From: Trypethelium eluteriae
Taxonomy: Eukaryota
Assembly: GCA_051942245.1 (NCBI GenBank)
Contig: JAVECL010000103.1
Coordinates: forward strand, 1 to 53,102
Reading direction: 5' to 3'
DNA length: 53,102 nt
Below the pieces are notes generated by a model. It was not told where the DNA came from, did not search any database, and worked only from the letters and a program-made list of their open reading frames with translations. Shown here in pieces: positions 1-10,572 of the stretch. The stretch's first letter is position 1, and every line of letters begins with the position of its first letter. The position numbers were made by a program, and so were the translations under genes.

Positions 1-256
1 CAGATCGGGAGTACGACTGCGTGCTCGTACGTGGCTACGCTCACGTGCCGGGCGCGTTTCCTGCCTGCTGCAGGCGTCGGGCTTGTGACGTTTCCAATAG
101 GTCGAATCAATCGAGTTTTTCCTTTGTATGATCCGATCCGCTGAGGCTAAAATTCGGATCCTCTGTAACAAGCACTGATCTCAGGTCCAGATTGGGAGTA
201 CAGCTGCGTGCTTATACGTGGCTACGCTCACGTGCCGGGCGCGTTTCCTGCCTGCT
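1..256. repeat. 69-bp direct repeat, two copies (1-69 and 188-256)
   Basis: CAGAT(C/T)GGGAGTAC..TACGTGGCTACGCTCACGTGCCGGGCGCGTTTCCTGCCTGCT at both positions; 64/69 identical and all five differences are transitions. The first copy may be truncated by the window edge. Confidence 0.9.
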
Positions 257-460
257 ATCTGATGTGATCGACGGTAATTCAAGGTGAACATGAAGGTGAA
301 GACGCGGGACGTAGGTAGGTGGTGTGGGTCACGTGCTGCGCTTCCATGGTCCCTTCCCTTAATAAAAAACGAATAGTTCCTAAAACTGGGACATGTAGTA
401 AAATTAAGTAGATCTTATGGGTGCTCAGCCCTAGATGATTTTTGGACACCATATAAGTAA

Positions 461-602
461 AGCTGAGCACAACTGAGCGCAACTGAGCAGAGCTGAGCAG
501 GGCGTGAGCTGTGGCGGTACAAGCCTGAGCTATGGCGGTGCAAGCCTGAGCTGAGTTAAGCTGAGGTTGAGCCGGCCGAAATTTGCCGAGTCAGCGCGCC
601 AA
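461..602. repeat. Degenerate CTGAGC/TGAGC array ending in TTTGCCGAGTCAGCGCGC (left copy of a motif bracketing the glycan cluster)
   Basis: About nine TGAGC/CTGAG units at 461-575 plus GGGCGTGAGC (500-509), TGAGCTATGGCGGTGC (526-541) and TTTGCCGAGTCAGCGCGC (582-599); the same blocks recur at 10184-10248. Confidence 0.75.
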
Positions 603-854
603 GGCCGCCAAGCCATTCAGGTGTATGGCAAGGTCACTTTGTCTGCGATCATAGTGAAGAATCTTCAAGCACAAAGTAACCTCATACAAAATCTATTTCT
701 GCTTTTGGGCGTGAGTTACACAGGAGTCCGAAGAGAGCGGTTCTGCCACTTAAGAGTTGATCTGAATTTATCCACTGACGAAGTGTATCCAAGAAGACAT
801 TGCAATACAATTATGATCCCCATGACGATCTACATTTCTTTCCAATCGCCACCG

Positions 855-2593
855 CTAAGGACTATCCTTCAACGCCCACGCCACGTCCTGTATCGGATCT
901 ACCCACTCGCCTTTCTGATCCCTAAACAATGCCTCCGCATCGGGGCACATGTCGCCAAATCGCAACCATCTCCCCCCCTCTCTCTCCTTCCCACTCCACG
1001 CACCTCCCTTCAATTCTACCGCACTCCACCACCTCCTCACACGGTTCTCGTTCTTCGCCGGATCCATTCGCAAATCCTTCGTCACCGCAAGAGGCTGAGT
1101 GCCTTTCTGAATGGCTAAGTCTAGCATTTCGCGGGCGCGGGGGAAGAACCACATCTGGTCCCACGCTGTCTCCCTGACGCTCTTCAACCCATAGCGATGC
1201 GCGTTGTTATGAATGATTGCTGGCGTCACCCCAGTGTATAGATTTGTATATAGTGGGACATCTTCCCAAGCCTTCTGATTACCGGTTCCCGCGAATGGAG
1301 GCAGTGACTGTTTGATATCATCTGACAGTGACTGAATGTGCGAAGCACCAAGGGGGTGTGGATCGGGAAGTTGCAAGGGTTCGCTGCCTCGCAAGGTCTT
1401 GTCGGAATGTAGGAACCAAGCCGAGTCCGTCTCGGCAAAAACAGTGGCATGTCCAAGAGATGAGAAGTAGTCGAGAGAGATGCCAAAGTCGAGCGGGGAC
1501 GACGAGTAGTGTGGCATTTGGGCAACATCTGTGCGTGAGAGGAAAGAGTTGGAGGAATGGAGATGGGAAAGTGGTGAACGATAGCGTTGGCGCATGACTT
1601 CTCGTTGATATTCCTGCTCTCCGAATACAGAATTGAAGAGACGCTGGTCACTGCCGAAATTGGGGTCCTCATGAAGTTTTTGGAGGGTGCGGTGGAACAT
1701 GGATCGCATTTGGGCAACAGGACCAATAATGATTCCTTCACAGTCAGTATTCACTCTAGCTCTCATTCACGAGCGAGGCTCTGGTACATACCTGAATTGA
1801 TCCACCGTGGTCTTATCGTTTGGTAGGGCCAATCAGGGTCTATCTGGATGTCGGTATCAGGCCCGTAGACATCTGGAGGTAATGCTGACTCTGGTACCGC
1901 ATAGCAGGGAATTGCGTCATCCGACCAAGGAAAACATCTCTTCTGAGCAGAGAAAATGACACTCTGCTGCAGGCGCTCCTTCTTGAATGCAGGCCCTAAT
2001 CGCTGTTTTGTTCGAGCTGCTGCCTCCCGGTTGATCTGATTATAGCGTCTGATCAAGGTTTCGGGTCGCAACTGAAACCAAACGTCATACCCATCCACCA
2101 TCAGCACAAGATCGTCGTCCCGTTCGGGACGTAGTGTATCCAACCATTCTAATACACCCGAGATCTTGGCCAAATGTGAGCCCCCATCAACCAATTCAGT
2201 GCTATTGAATTCCGTTTCCCAGTTGATCAAGACTGGTGTCGAATACCCAGCAATGGCAGCACTCAGAAGAGTCTTACAGAGATTGGTATTCGCTTGGTTT
2301 GCCGGAATAAGCAAATGGAGAAAAGATGACGACGTGCTGGTCGTACGAGGTATTGACCACCGGCTTGATCCGTATAGACTCTATCAAATTCGTCAGCAAA
2401 GACATAGAGGAATATTCCAGGGGCTTGAAGGATATGAGTCGCAATTTGACCACAGGAAAGGATGTGATTCCAAAGCACGAAGTGGGAAGAAACATACCCA
2501 GGTCGCCAGGAAGACTAGAGTTACGAAGGACAGGATGAGCGACCGAATGAACCACAAGCGCTTTCGAGAGGATAAAGAGCGAATACGGTCCAT
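855..2593 (-). CDS. Type II membrane glycosyltransferase, PLOD/LH3 GT-domain-like (ESAG3-like family), about 521 aa
   Basis: Spliced model join(2593..2498,2380..1792,1735..855) with GTATGT..AG introns at 2381-2497 and 1736-1791 restores one frame. N-terminal TM (LWFIRSLILSFVTLVFLATW); motifs LVLMVDGYDVWFQ, IFSAQKRCFP, RWINSGIIIG, SDQRLF and IHNN parallel the LH3 GT motifs D-x-YD, FSAE..CWP, RFLNSGGFIG, DDQ and VHGN. Confidence 0.85.
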
Positions 2594-3881
2594 CTAAGTC
2601 AGAAGAACAGAACGACAGTGTTTCCACCTCCGTAAGAAAGCAGACAGAGATAATGTAAAAGCAATGGCTGACAGCAAATTCTCACCGAGAGCAAAGAAAA
2701 GTGGATAAGAAAACCTGTACCTTACATCGCACAACAGCAATTACAAATAATGCGTTCCTGCAGCCGTACATCTGCACATCCGAATAACATTAGAGATGAC
2801 ATCGGAGCAACGGCACTCACTTCTTCACTCTCCGTCCCCACACTCACACACACAGCCCTACCAAGCCACGTTCCTGTAGATCCATCGCCCCACCACCCCG
2901 CCAGCTCCACTCTTCCCGCACCTCGGTGTCTCTTCCCGTCCAGATGCCCATCCCGACACCCGACTTTCCCATCACCCCTGCACCACCCTACCAAGCTTTC
3001 CAGCTCACTTACTAGGTAAGCTTTCACACCGTCAAGCCCAACGAACAACTCCCCTCCCCGAAAACCTTCCGACGCCGTCCTTTTACCTAATTAATCCAAC
3101 CTCTTCGGCCACCGTCGGCTGTCTGCACCGCTGGGGGACGTAATGCCAAGCATCCTGCCAGGTACCTTTTCTCCCAAATCGAGATCTCCACAAACAATTG
3201 CAGATCACACAGAGGACTGGACGGCTGCGCCTTCCGCTTTCGAGGCCGGACCCGATCACATGAGGTGCAATGCGCCACCATGGTCGGGCCGAGCGGAGGA
3301 CTACGTGGCTGGGGTCTTGGCAGGGGCAAGCAGAAGGGGAGAAGCCTCCGGTGAGGGTGGTGATGGAGATTTGGCAATGGAGCGGATAGGGTTGTACACG
3401 AGACGAGCATGAGTCCTGGGTGAGAGAGCATGTGCTTAAGCATAGTAATGTGTTGGAAGTAAAATAGTATTGTGAGACGCGGTTTCTATAGACTTTGTAT
3501 GCTTCTGCGGTATGCTGTAGATTTTGGGCGACTCTGGTCTCAGGATTGGCAGATTTGGGGTATTGTGAGAGGGTATGCTGGGTTTACTTATTGCTACATG
3601 CTGATGGTCATGACTAGTAACGTGTCGGAAATGTGGAAGTAGAATTAGATTGGATACATTCTGGTATAGAAATTTGAGAAGTAGGCCGGTTGGGAGCCCA
3701 AGTCTTAGTGAACATGCCCGAATGACCGTTGCGTCATGTTGAACAGCTCTTCGAGGTCACATTCTGCTGACGGCTCAAGTCGAGTTTCACTGTCTCTCTC
3801 TTCGTTTCCTAGTTCGAGGTTCGAATGTAATTATCCCGCTGATTTTGCTCTTTGGGCGATGATGCGCCCAGCAGTGACACA

Positions 3882-6747
3882 TCAAGCTCGTAAGTTTGAT
3901 ATTTTTCGACGCTGAAGATTCTCTTCAATGGTGTGATTGGTAGCATTGAGTGTCGTAGGAGCATCAACAGGTTTCAGGAATTCTAATGGAAGGTTGACTT
4001 CCAAAGGCGCCTCACCAAACAAGGCAGGTTCATGCTCCTTACAAATCTCATTCCACGGCAGAACAACATCGTTATCGCTCACGGCACTGCCTACTTGCGC
4101 ACCTTTTGGCTTCAGTGGCCACCAGAACTGCTGACCACCTATAGGCCCCGTGACTGTCTGACTACCTTTAAGCGAAGCGAATCGGAGGCGTTCTTTTGCT
4201 CTGGGAAAGAACCACATGCGACTCCACCAAAGCTCGCGAAGTTCTTTTGAGCCGGTGAAATGGATCGAAGCAAAGATTTGCCCAGTGATCACATTTGTGC
4301 CAAGCGGTACATCGAGCCAGGAAGACGATGGTGCAGCTTCCAAATCCGCATTGGTGATAATATCGCCCGAAAAGTCTTTTGGCGGTTGCGATTGAAGTAA
4401 ATCAGCAGGAAAGTCTATTGAGCGAGAGCCATTGGGAGTTGAAGCGACGGAGTAGTCCTGGGGCTGTTGCGTCCCATGTACCAGCCAGGATAAGTGAGCT
4501 TGATATCCGGCGTTGCCGAAGAACAAGGTAGATTCATAGTCGAGACCGATGTGAAGCTCAGGGTCACTGCTGGCCTCTATGCGCGGCAATTCTCTCTCAG
4601 ACCAGATACGATTATTCCCATAAGTAGGATAGTCTGGTTGAGCAGCTGCAAAGCGACTAAAGTCTTGCCGACCTTGCAGATCTCCCAGGTACATCTGGTC
4701 CGATCCATGGTACTCAGGCTCGATAGGCATGTCGAGATCCTTGGTGAAGGCCTTGAACATGGTTTTGAGATCTCGCACAGGACCGATGACTGTTCCGGAG
4801 TTCAACCATCTGGGTCTGTCATGCATCATGTCACCTCGATCAGTTTCGGGACCAAATGCGTCGCTGGCTAGAGTCGAATCGAGGACCGCCCAACAAGCTG
4901 GCCGCCGAGGGTTTGCTGGCCAGCAAAGCTTATCAGCTGCGAAAACAATAGTTTGCTGGATATTGTGCCGCTGCACGAGGTGGGGACCGAATTCTTGTCT
5001 CAGTCTTTCGTTGGCAGCCTCGTTCGCATCAAAATATCGTTGAAGCAAGACTTCGGGAGCTAGTTGAAACCACACATCATAGCCATCGACTATGAGCACG
5101 ATGTCATTCTCTTGCCATTGCTCCAGCTGAGCCAAAATAGGAAATACTTTCTCTGTATGTGGAATGTCACTGTTCGCACCCCAGTTGATGATCGTTGGTG
5201 TGGGATAGCCGAGAACTGCGGTAGAAAACAGTAATTGGCATAAATTGAAATTGCTGCTTGTCGCAGGCACTACAAGATGCAGTTCAGGTGCGCGCGAGGA
5301 GGTTGAATGCTGAACAGTTATGGATTCAGAGGTATTCTATGGGCATCAGCAAAGGTGAAAAGCAAGAGGGAGAAGTTCCCGCTACACTTACCGTCATCAT
5401 CGTCCATGTCATGATGGCAATCAGTACTATGAGGTAGATAGAGCCCAAGATGAAGCGAGCACTGTAAATCTTGCTACTACCGACCCACTTTCGAACAATG
5501 TCGTTACTTAGCTGCGTCCACGACTTCGGCTCGATATCGCAGCCGTCACGGGATAGTAAATTGCTACTCTTCCCCTCAAGCTCAGCCTTGCTGTACCAAG
5601 CAGCACCTGCTAGTGATGTGATCATTCCCGCTCCATTCAAGAGAGAGACTTCAAGGTTGAATAGTACGACCCCGAGGAGGACCGAGAGCATCTGCTTCAG
5701 ATTTCCGCAAACAGCCATCGTCAGCGCGCCCGCCACCTTGTTGGCCTGGAAAGATACAATATTTAAGACTAATGCTAGGATGGCATTCACTGCGAAGACT
5801 AAGCCAAAAGTTGGGCTGATATCTTTCGCGTTCAGGAAAGGCCGGGCTTTCGAGACCTCCCCCGTGAGTATAGCAATCAATAGAGATTGTAGAGCAGCAA
5901 GAGGTGACATGCGCAACAAAAGCTCAAACACTGGGAGCGAAAGATTGCCTGTCAGTAGCTGATTGGTGACGATAGTCTTCATCGAGGCAAGGACGACGCC
6001 CGTCAACGTTAGTGTGAAGCCCAGCAAAGTAAAATAGTAGTCACCGTAAGTCGTCAAGGCAACTCCAAGAATGACGACGAGCAAAGAAAGGTATGTTTGC
6101 GTAGCGTAACCTCGATGGAAGAATGTCCGATAGATAAACACGGTAATTACTGGACAGATTGACCGCATGACCTGGTGGAATGGCACAGACACCAGAGCAC
6201 TGCTCAGCGATCAGCTAAGTAATCAATAGATGCCTTTCGAGAACCCTACAGAGATATATTTGACATAGCGATATTGACGGTAAACAGGACCGAGAAGGCA
6301 AGCAAGATCAGATGTTCACGTCCATGGAGTTTTGTCGTTTTGAAGACGCCGCATTTGAGCATGGTGTAGCAGCCAATCGAAACCGCGGTTGCGTGTGCTG
6401 TAGTAAGAAGCCAAGGGAAAGGAAACTAGATTCTGGTCAGTCTGAGGATTATACAGAAAGCGCATTCGTACCTTCTGTAGAATGACTTTATTGAGGAGGG
6501 TAAGGGAAAGATTTGCCACAAAGTACGCTGCCAAGTAGCTGTACTTCTTTCGTGTAGAAATCTCGTACTCTTGTGCATCATCAACATCAGAGGTCATGGG
6601 AGCGGTGTTCTCGACTTCGGCTTGCACTTGCTTGTGCTCAAGGAGACTTTCGTCAAACCCGACCACTTCATCATTGTTGCTTGCCGTGGTGGGCAACATT
6701 CTGTCGTCGATGCCAGAGACTTCACTTGGCGGCTCGTTGAGACCCAT
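3882..6747 (-). CDS. Fusion protein: TPT/DMT-family nucleotide-sugar transporter + TM linker + PLOD/ESAG3-like glycosyltransferase, about 904 aa
   Basis: join(6747..6472,6425..6250,6199..5392,5336..3882) = 2715 nt, open throughout; introns 6426-6471, 6200-6249 and 5337-5391 are all GT..AG. Transporter motifs LNKVIL-FPFPWLLT, NIAMSNISLALVSVPFHQVMRS, SFQANKVAGALTMAVCGNLKQ; GT motifs LHLVVPA..NLC, VDGYDVWFQ, FAADKLCWP, RWLNSGTVIG, SDQ, IHFTG. Confidence 0.8.
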
Positions 6748-8152
6748 TTCGAAGGCTCGCGAAGTTGGACGATCCTGCTTAGAGGCTTGATATAGAGTGG
6801 CGTGAAAGGCTGACAGCCTTATTCTGGCTCAGACTCGAACTACGTTCTTGAAAACAAGCGAAGGCAACATTTTAATGACACTAATAGGGTTGAGCTGAGC
6901 ATTAGACTGATATGGCAGAAAGCAGGCTCATCGGAACGTCGACCGATAAAACATGAATGACGAAAACGGCATTTTCTCCGTTAAGGATCTCCGAGCACCA
7001 GAAGAGCATGATACACTACCTTTTGCCAAGCCTTAATGTGTGGCGCATAATATTAGTGTATGTGTTTGAGGTGGCTGTGAGCGGTGAAGTGTCTCATTCG
7101 TTGTTGTAGCTGATGCTGCTTGTGGCAATCATCGAGACGATGACGGAACAGACGGTACAGCGCGAGTGTTGGTGCCTTGGCACCGAGGAGTTTGAACTGA
7201 TCTGTTTCTACCTCATTCGTCTCTGGTCATAGGAGAGATGCACCCGGGTAGAATGCAGAGAAATTGTGTCGCTTCGGTAGTCACCCTATAGCTCGAGCTG
7301 AATATGATATGCAAGGGCATAGTTCCTCTACCGAAGCTCACGATACCTACTGTGGGTATTTAATGATGTCGACTAGGAAAAATTCATCCACGAAGGAGAC
7401 GACGTCTGCCTTGAGTGATTTCGATTTTGTTCCGCGGAGAAAGACCAACGAACAGTATTTTGCGGTTGTTCAAGCTGTCTGGCATGCATGCCAAGCCTGA
7501 TCTTCATGAAGCTTCTTTACCAACCTCGAATAAGGCACAAGTCCCTCAACAAGGTAAGGATAATTAATGCTAATTCCTCGATCAGATTAGGAGCCTTAGT
7601 GGCTAACAGGCGTTGAGAGGAGGGCTAAGGGTGATGCAACAAGCTTCGCAAGAGATGGCAAACAATATGCATAGCCGAACCTCATCTGGTATGCCTTGCC
7701 GAGACTGCATTTGCGACCGAGACGTCTCTCCACCACTGTGCGAACAAAAACGAGACATGGAGATTTGAATCCCAGCGAGACGGATCCAACGGCTACGCTA
7801 GCTGCGGAGATCGACAAGTGGCTTGCCCGTCCCTGTGGCTGGTGAACACTAGTCCTCTGCCGCTTCCCGAGCCATTTGTGCTGCCATACTTGGTCGTTCC
7901 CCATAGCTGGCCTCGCTCTGCATAGTGTCGGTCCTTTGCAAGCTGTGTCGTTGCAATGAGTGTACACGAGGCTTGGCAAACATGGCATCGGCTCCTCCTC
8001 GCCAAGAACTGAACAAATCCGTTCTACCCGTTCAAGAGCTTGTCAATTGGGCTCATGTTCCTTAAAGAGTGCGTTTTGACCTCTGGGTCATGGCATAAAC
8101 CAGTCAATCCGGCACAATCGCAGAGCAGAAACATTCAATCACATTGTTGGGT
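6748..8152. promoter_or_regulatory. Divergent intergenic region between the transporter-GT fusion and UDP-glucose dehydrogenase (putative bidirectional promoter)
   Basis: Start codons at 6747 (minus) and 8153 (plus) point away from each other and no credible ORF lies between them. No specific binding sites assigned. Confidence 0.5.
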
Positions 8153-9772
8153 ATGCAGCTCAATGGACATCGCGATTCCGTTTCGCCATTGTGGAAAGTC
8201 AGAAATGTCTGCTGTATTGGCGCAGGCTACGTTGTGAGTCAATCCCGCGCTTTGTGTGCGCCTTTTTGGGCCCGCCAAAGCTTGATCCAGCTAATGAGTC
8301 TGTAGGGCGGACCAACCTCAGCTGTGATTGCGAGCAAGAACCCAAGCGTCGGTGTCACTGTTACGGACATCAATGAGCGTCGTATCAGCGCGTGGAAGTC
8401 CAACCGATTACCTATCTTCGAGCCTGGTCTACTTGAGACCGTTCAAGAAGCTCGTGATGGCTCTGCTTCGCGTCGACCAAACCTGTTTTTCACGACCGAT
8501 ATAGAAGCCGCCATTGGAGCCGCCGACTTGATCTTTGTCGCTGTCAATACTCCAACGAAGACAAGTGGGCGAGGGGTAGGCAGAGCATCTGAGACAGGCT
8601 TTCTGGAGTCGGCTATACGGACGATTGCTGAGGTAGCAGAAACCGACAAGATCATCGTCGAAAAAAGCACCGTGCCTTTGGGGACAGCAGGATTAATACG
8701 AGAGATCTTGGACGCTATAGGGAATCCTGGAGTGCATTTCGAAGTGCTGTCTAACCCTGAGTTCCTTGCTGAAGGTACTGCTCTGAAGGACTTACTCCTG
8801 CCTGATCGAATCCTTATCGGCTCGCTGTCTAGTCCCTCGGGCATATCAGCCTGTGACACACTGAGAAACCTTTACAGCACCTGGGTACCCCAAAGCAAGA
8901 TCATCACTACACATCTCCTCTCTTCTGAACTGGCCAAACTCGCTGCCAATGCAATGCTTGGGCAGCGAATCACGAACGTCAACTCATTGAGCGCGATATG
9001 CGAAGCGACTGGTGCCAATATCGAAGAGGTGTCAAATGCAGTGGGTCTCGATTTTCGGATTGGTCCTAAGATGTTAAACGCCTCTGTAGGCTTTGGTGGT
9101 TCGTGTTTCAAAAAGGACATCTTAAGCCTGGCGTACATTGCCGAGACCCTACACCTGCCTGAGATCGCAGCTTACTGGACATCCGTCCTCGAACTGAATG
9201 AATATCAGAAGGACCGATTTGCTCAACGCATTGTTCGCTGCCTTTACTCTACCTTGACAAATAAAAAAATTGCCATCCTTGGTTTTGCCTTCAAGAAGAA
9301 CACGGGCGACACACGCGAATCACCCGCAATTTCCATTTGCCAAGCCTTGCTTGATGAAGGGGCTCAGATCACCCTATACGACCCAAAGGTCCCGAAACAC
9401 CAGATTTGGGCCGATCTTGTCTGCAATGGCGGCGAGGGTACTGAGGAAAACATCACAATCTGTGAGACTGCCTACCAAGCCTGCCATGACGTCAACGCGG
9501 TTGTTATCCTGACCGAATGGGACGAATTTAGCAACAGGCAGCCAGTGGAACCTGCCGTGGTGAATGGGGCCACCAAGGAAGATGTCCATCGGGCTCATGC
9601 CGTCTACCACCCATCTGTGATGCCTGCAGCCATACAGAAGAGAATGGACTGGGAGCGGGTAGCGAAGACGATGCGACAGCCGCGCTATGTGTTCGACGGT
9701 CGGAACATCACTGACGCTGTTGAGCTCCAAAAACTGGGTCTCCGCGTGGAACATATTGGAAAATCTTTATGA
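8153..9772 (+). CDS. UGD1: UDP-glucose 6-dehydrogenase, about 515 aa
   Basis: join(8153..8233,8306..9772); removing intron 8234-8305 (GTGAGT..GCTAAT..TAG) gives the Rossmann motif VCCIGAGYVGGPT. Also VNTPTK, VEKSTVP, SNPEFLAEG, catalytic GFGGSCFKKD, GFAFKKNTGDTRES and FDGRN. Confidence 0.95.
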
Positions 9773-10183
9773 TGCATTTAGCTTTGCTCGAAGATAGCCC
9801 AAATGGTTGGATTTTGGGAGGTATTACTGAGATCCATGAGTTATGAGCAACCATTGCAGTAGCTGAAGCGTTCGCCTTCGATATTGTATAGCGCCGTGAA
9901 AATCTAATTTCGGCGAAAATGCTATGTAAGAAGAGCTCTTTTAGATACCTTATAGGGACGGCTGTGATGGTCAGCTTAGGAATGTTCGCAATATGAACCT
10001 GCTTTTTTACGCACCGTAGCTCTCCCAAATATTACACTTCTCGACTCGAAAACCAAGTAAGCCATTAAGCTCAGTGACCCGAAAATTATCATCGGTAGGA
10101 CTGAGAGCAAGAAATGATCTAAAGCCAAATTAGCACGATGTCCGTACATCGTCCACATATCGTCCGCAGCAAACTTGGACAGA

Positions 10184-10248
10184 TGAGCCATGGCGGTACG
10201 GGCGTGAGCCGGAGATGAGCCGGGCGTGATTTTGCCAAGTCAGCGCGC
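10184..10248. repeat. Right copy of the TGAGC...TTTGCCAAGTCAGCGCGC motif
   Basis: TGAGCCATGGCGGTAC (14/16 to 526-541), GGGCGTGAGC (10/10 to 500-509), TGAGCCGG, and TTTGCCAAGTCAGCGCGC (17/18 to 582-599); same orientation as the left copy. Confidence 0.75.
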
Positions 10249-10572
10249 TAACACCAGTAACCGAGTTAGGTGATGGAGAGGTTATTTTGTATGGGAACAT
10301 AGCGATGAAACATCCTGAGTAAAGTGGGGCAATACACCGTCAAGGCGTGTGCGATGGCTATCAATGGAATATGGTCTAGAGGTCGCCATGACGACTCATG
10401 AAAGAGTACGATTTGACCAAATGAAAAGACGACTTTAGTAAACCCAATATGTCGACATAACGTCCCTGGGGTGAGTACCTAACCACGAAAGCCATCGGAT
10501 GCAGATTGGTTGTGTAGCGTCTTCACGGAAAATTGTTTCAGGATCGACTTGCAAATTTATAAGGTATCTGAA

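Noticed and set aside
461..575. CTGAGC repeats as a CRISPR array or telomeric repeat
   Set aside because: Units are only 5-6 bp with irregular 4-15 bp gaps, there are no cas genes, the DNA is eukaryotic, and the unit is not TTAGGG.
567..1118. 183-aa plus-strand ORF
   Set aside because: Non-ATG start inside the repeat, overlaps the GT 3' end in antisense, and has no motif.
2722..3443. Short ORFs between the two GT genes (2750..3019, 3143..3412 and antisense)
   Set aside because: No recognisable family and no convincing spliced model; openness is explained by local C-rich/G-rich skew. A small gene cannot be excluded.
5326..6747. Transporter as a separate gene ending ..MPIEYL*
   Set aside because: The VSVAG..MPIEYL tail is translation of a canonical 55-nt intron and the bases after it; splicing gives an in-frame join to the GT.
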